Both the position numbers and the translations under genes were made by a program. From Eledone cirrhosa (lineage: Eukaryota), in contig OZ024763.1 of NCBI GenBank assembly GCA_964016885.1, positions 3,844,001 to 3,908,000 of the forward strand: a stretch of DNA of 64,000 bases, written 5' to 3'. The notes below the pieces were generated by a model. The model was not told where the DNA came from. It ran no database searches and saw only the letters and a program-made list of their open reading frames with translations. Of the stretch, positions 63,807 through 64,000 are shown in pieces. Each line of letters opens with the position of its first letter. Positions within the stretch are counted from its first letter, which is position 1.

Positions 63807-64000
63807 CTGACATACAACATAGGACACAGAAGTATGACATGTAATATACACAACATAGGACACAGAAGATATGACATGTAATATAGGACATACAATGTCT
63901 TATACACAACATAGGACATACAATGTATTATACACAACATAGGACATACAATGTCTTATATACAACATAGGACACAGAAGGTATGACATGTAATATAGGA
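63807..64000. repeat. Composite minisatellite running off the window end
   Basis: Repeated ACAACATAGGACAYA and TATGACATGTAATATA blocks. Confidence 0.85.

Overview
AT-rich, intron- and repeat-rich metazoan DNA. The SINE/MITE sequences and (TA)n/(GA)n microsatellites resemble octopus repeats, but that assignment is inference. The right third holds a minus-strand cationic amino acid transporter gene (SLC7A1/2/3-like CAT, APC superfamily). Thirteen coding exons (63347 down to the TGA at 42155) splice with consistent phases into about 545 aa; the first coding exon lies beyond the window. The left 40 kb is a tandem array of about 16.2-kb segmental duplications. Each unit carries a ~965-bp palindrome and a decayed Helitron Rep, and two units carry a 3-exon copy of the transporter gene. 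Unusual signals: (1) minisatellites built from the gene's own splice junctions (20 tandem acceptors, 9 tandem donors, one duplicated donor forming a possible in-frame 18-nt microexon); (2) the palindrome's 13-bp spacer is flipped between units, and its arms show arm-to-arm homogenisation; (3) type I hammerhead ribozyme motifs sit in intronic foldback elements; (4) two oppositely oriented TTAA-flanked MITEs have expanded the same internal segment into inverted minisatellite arrays. Most entries in the ORF track are spurious repeat-derived frames.
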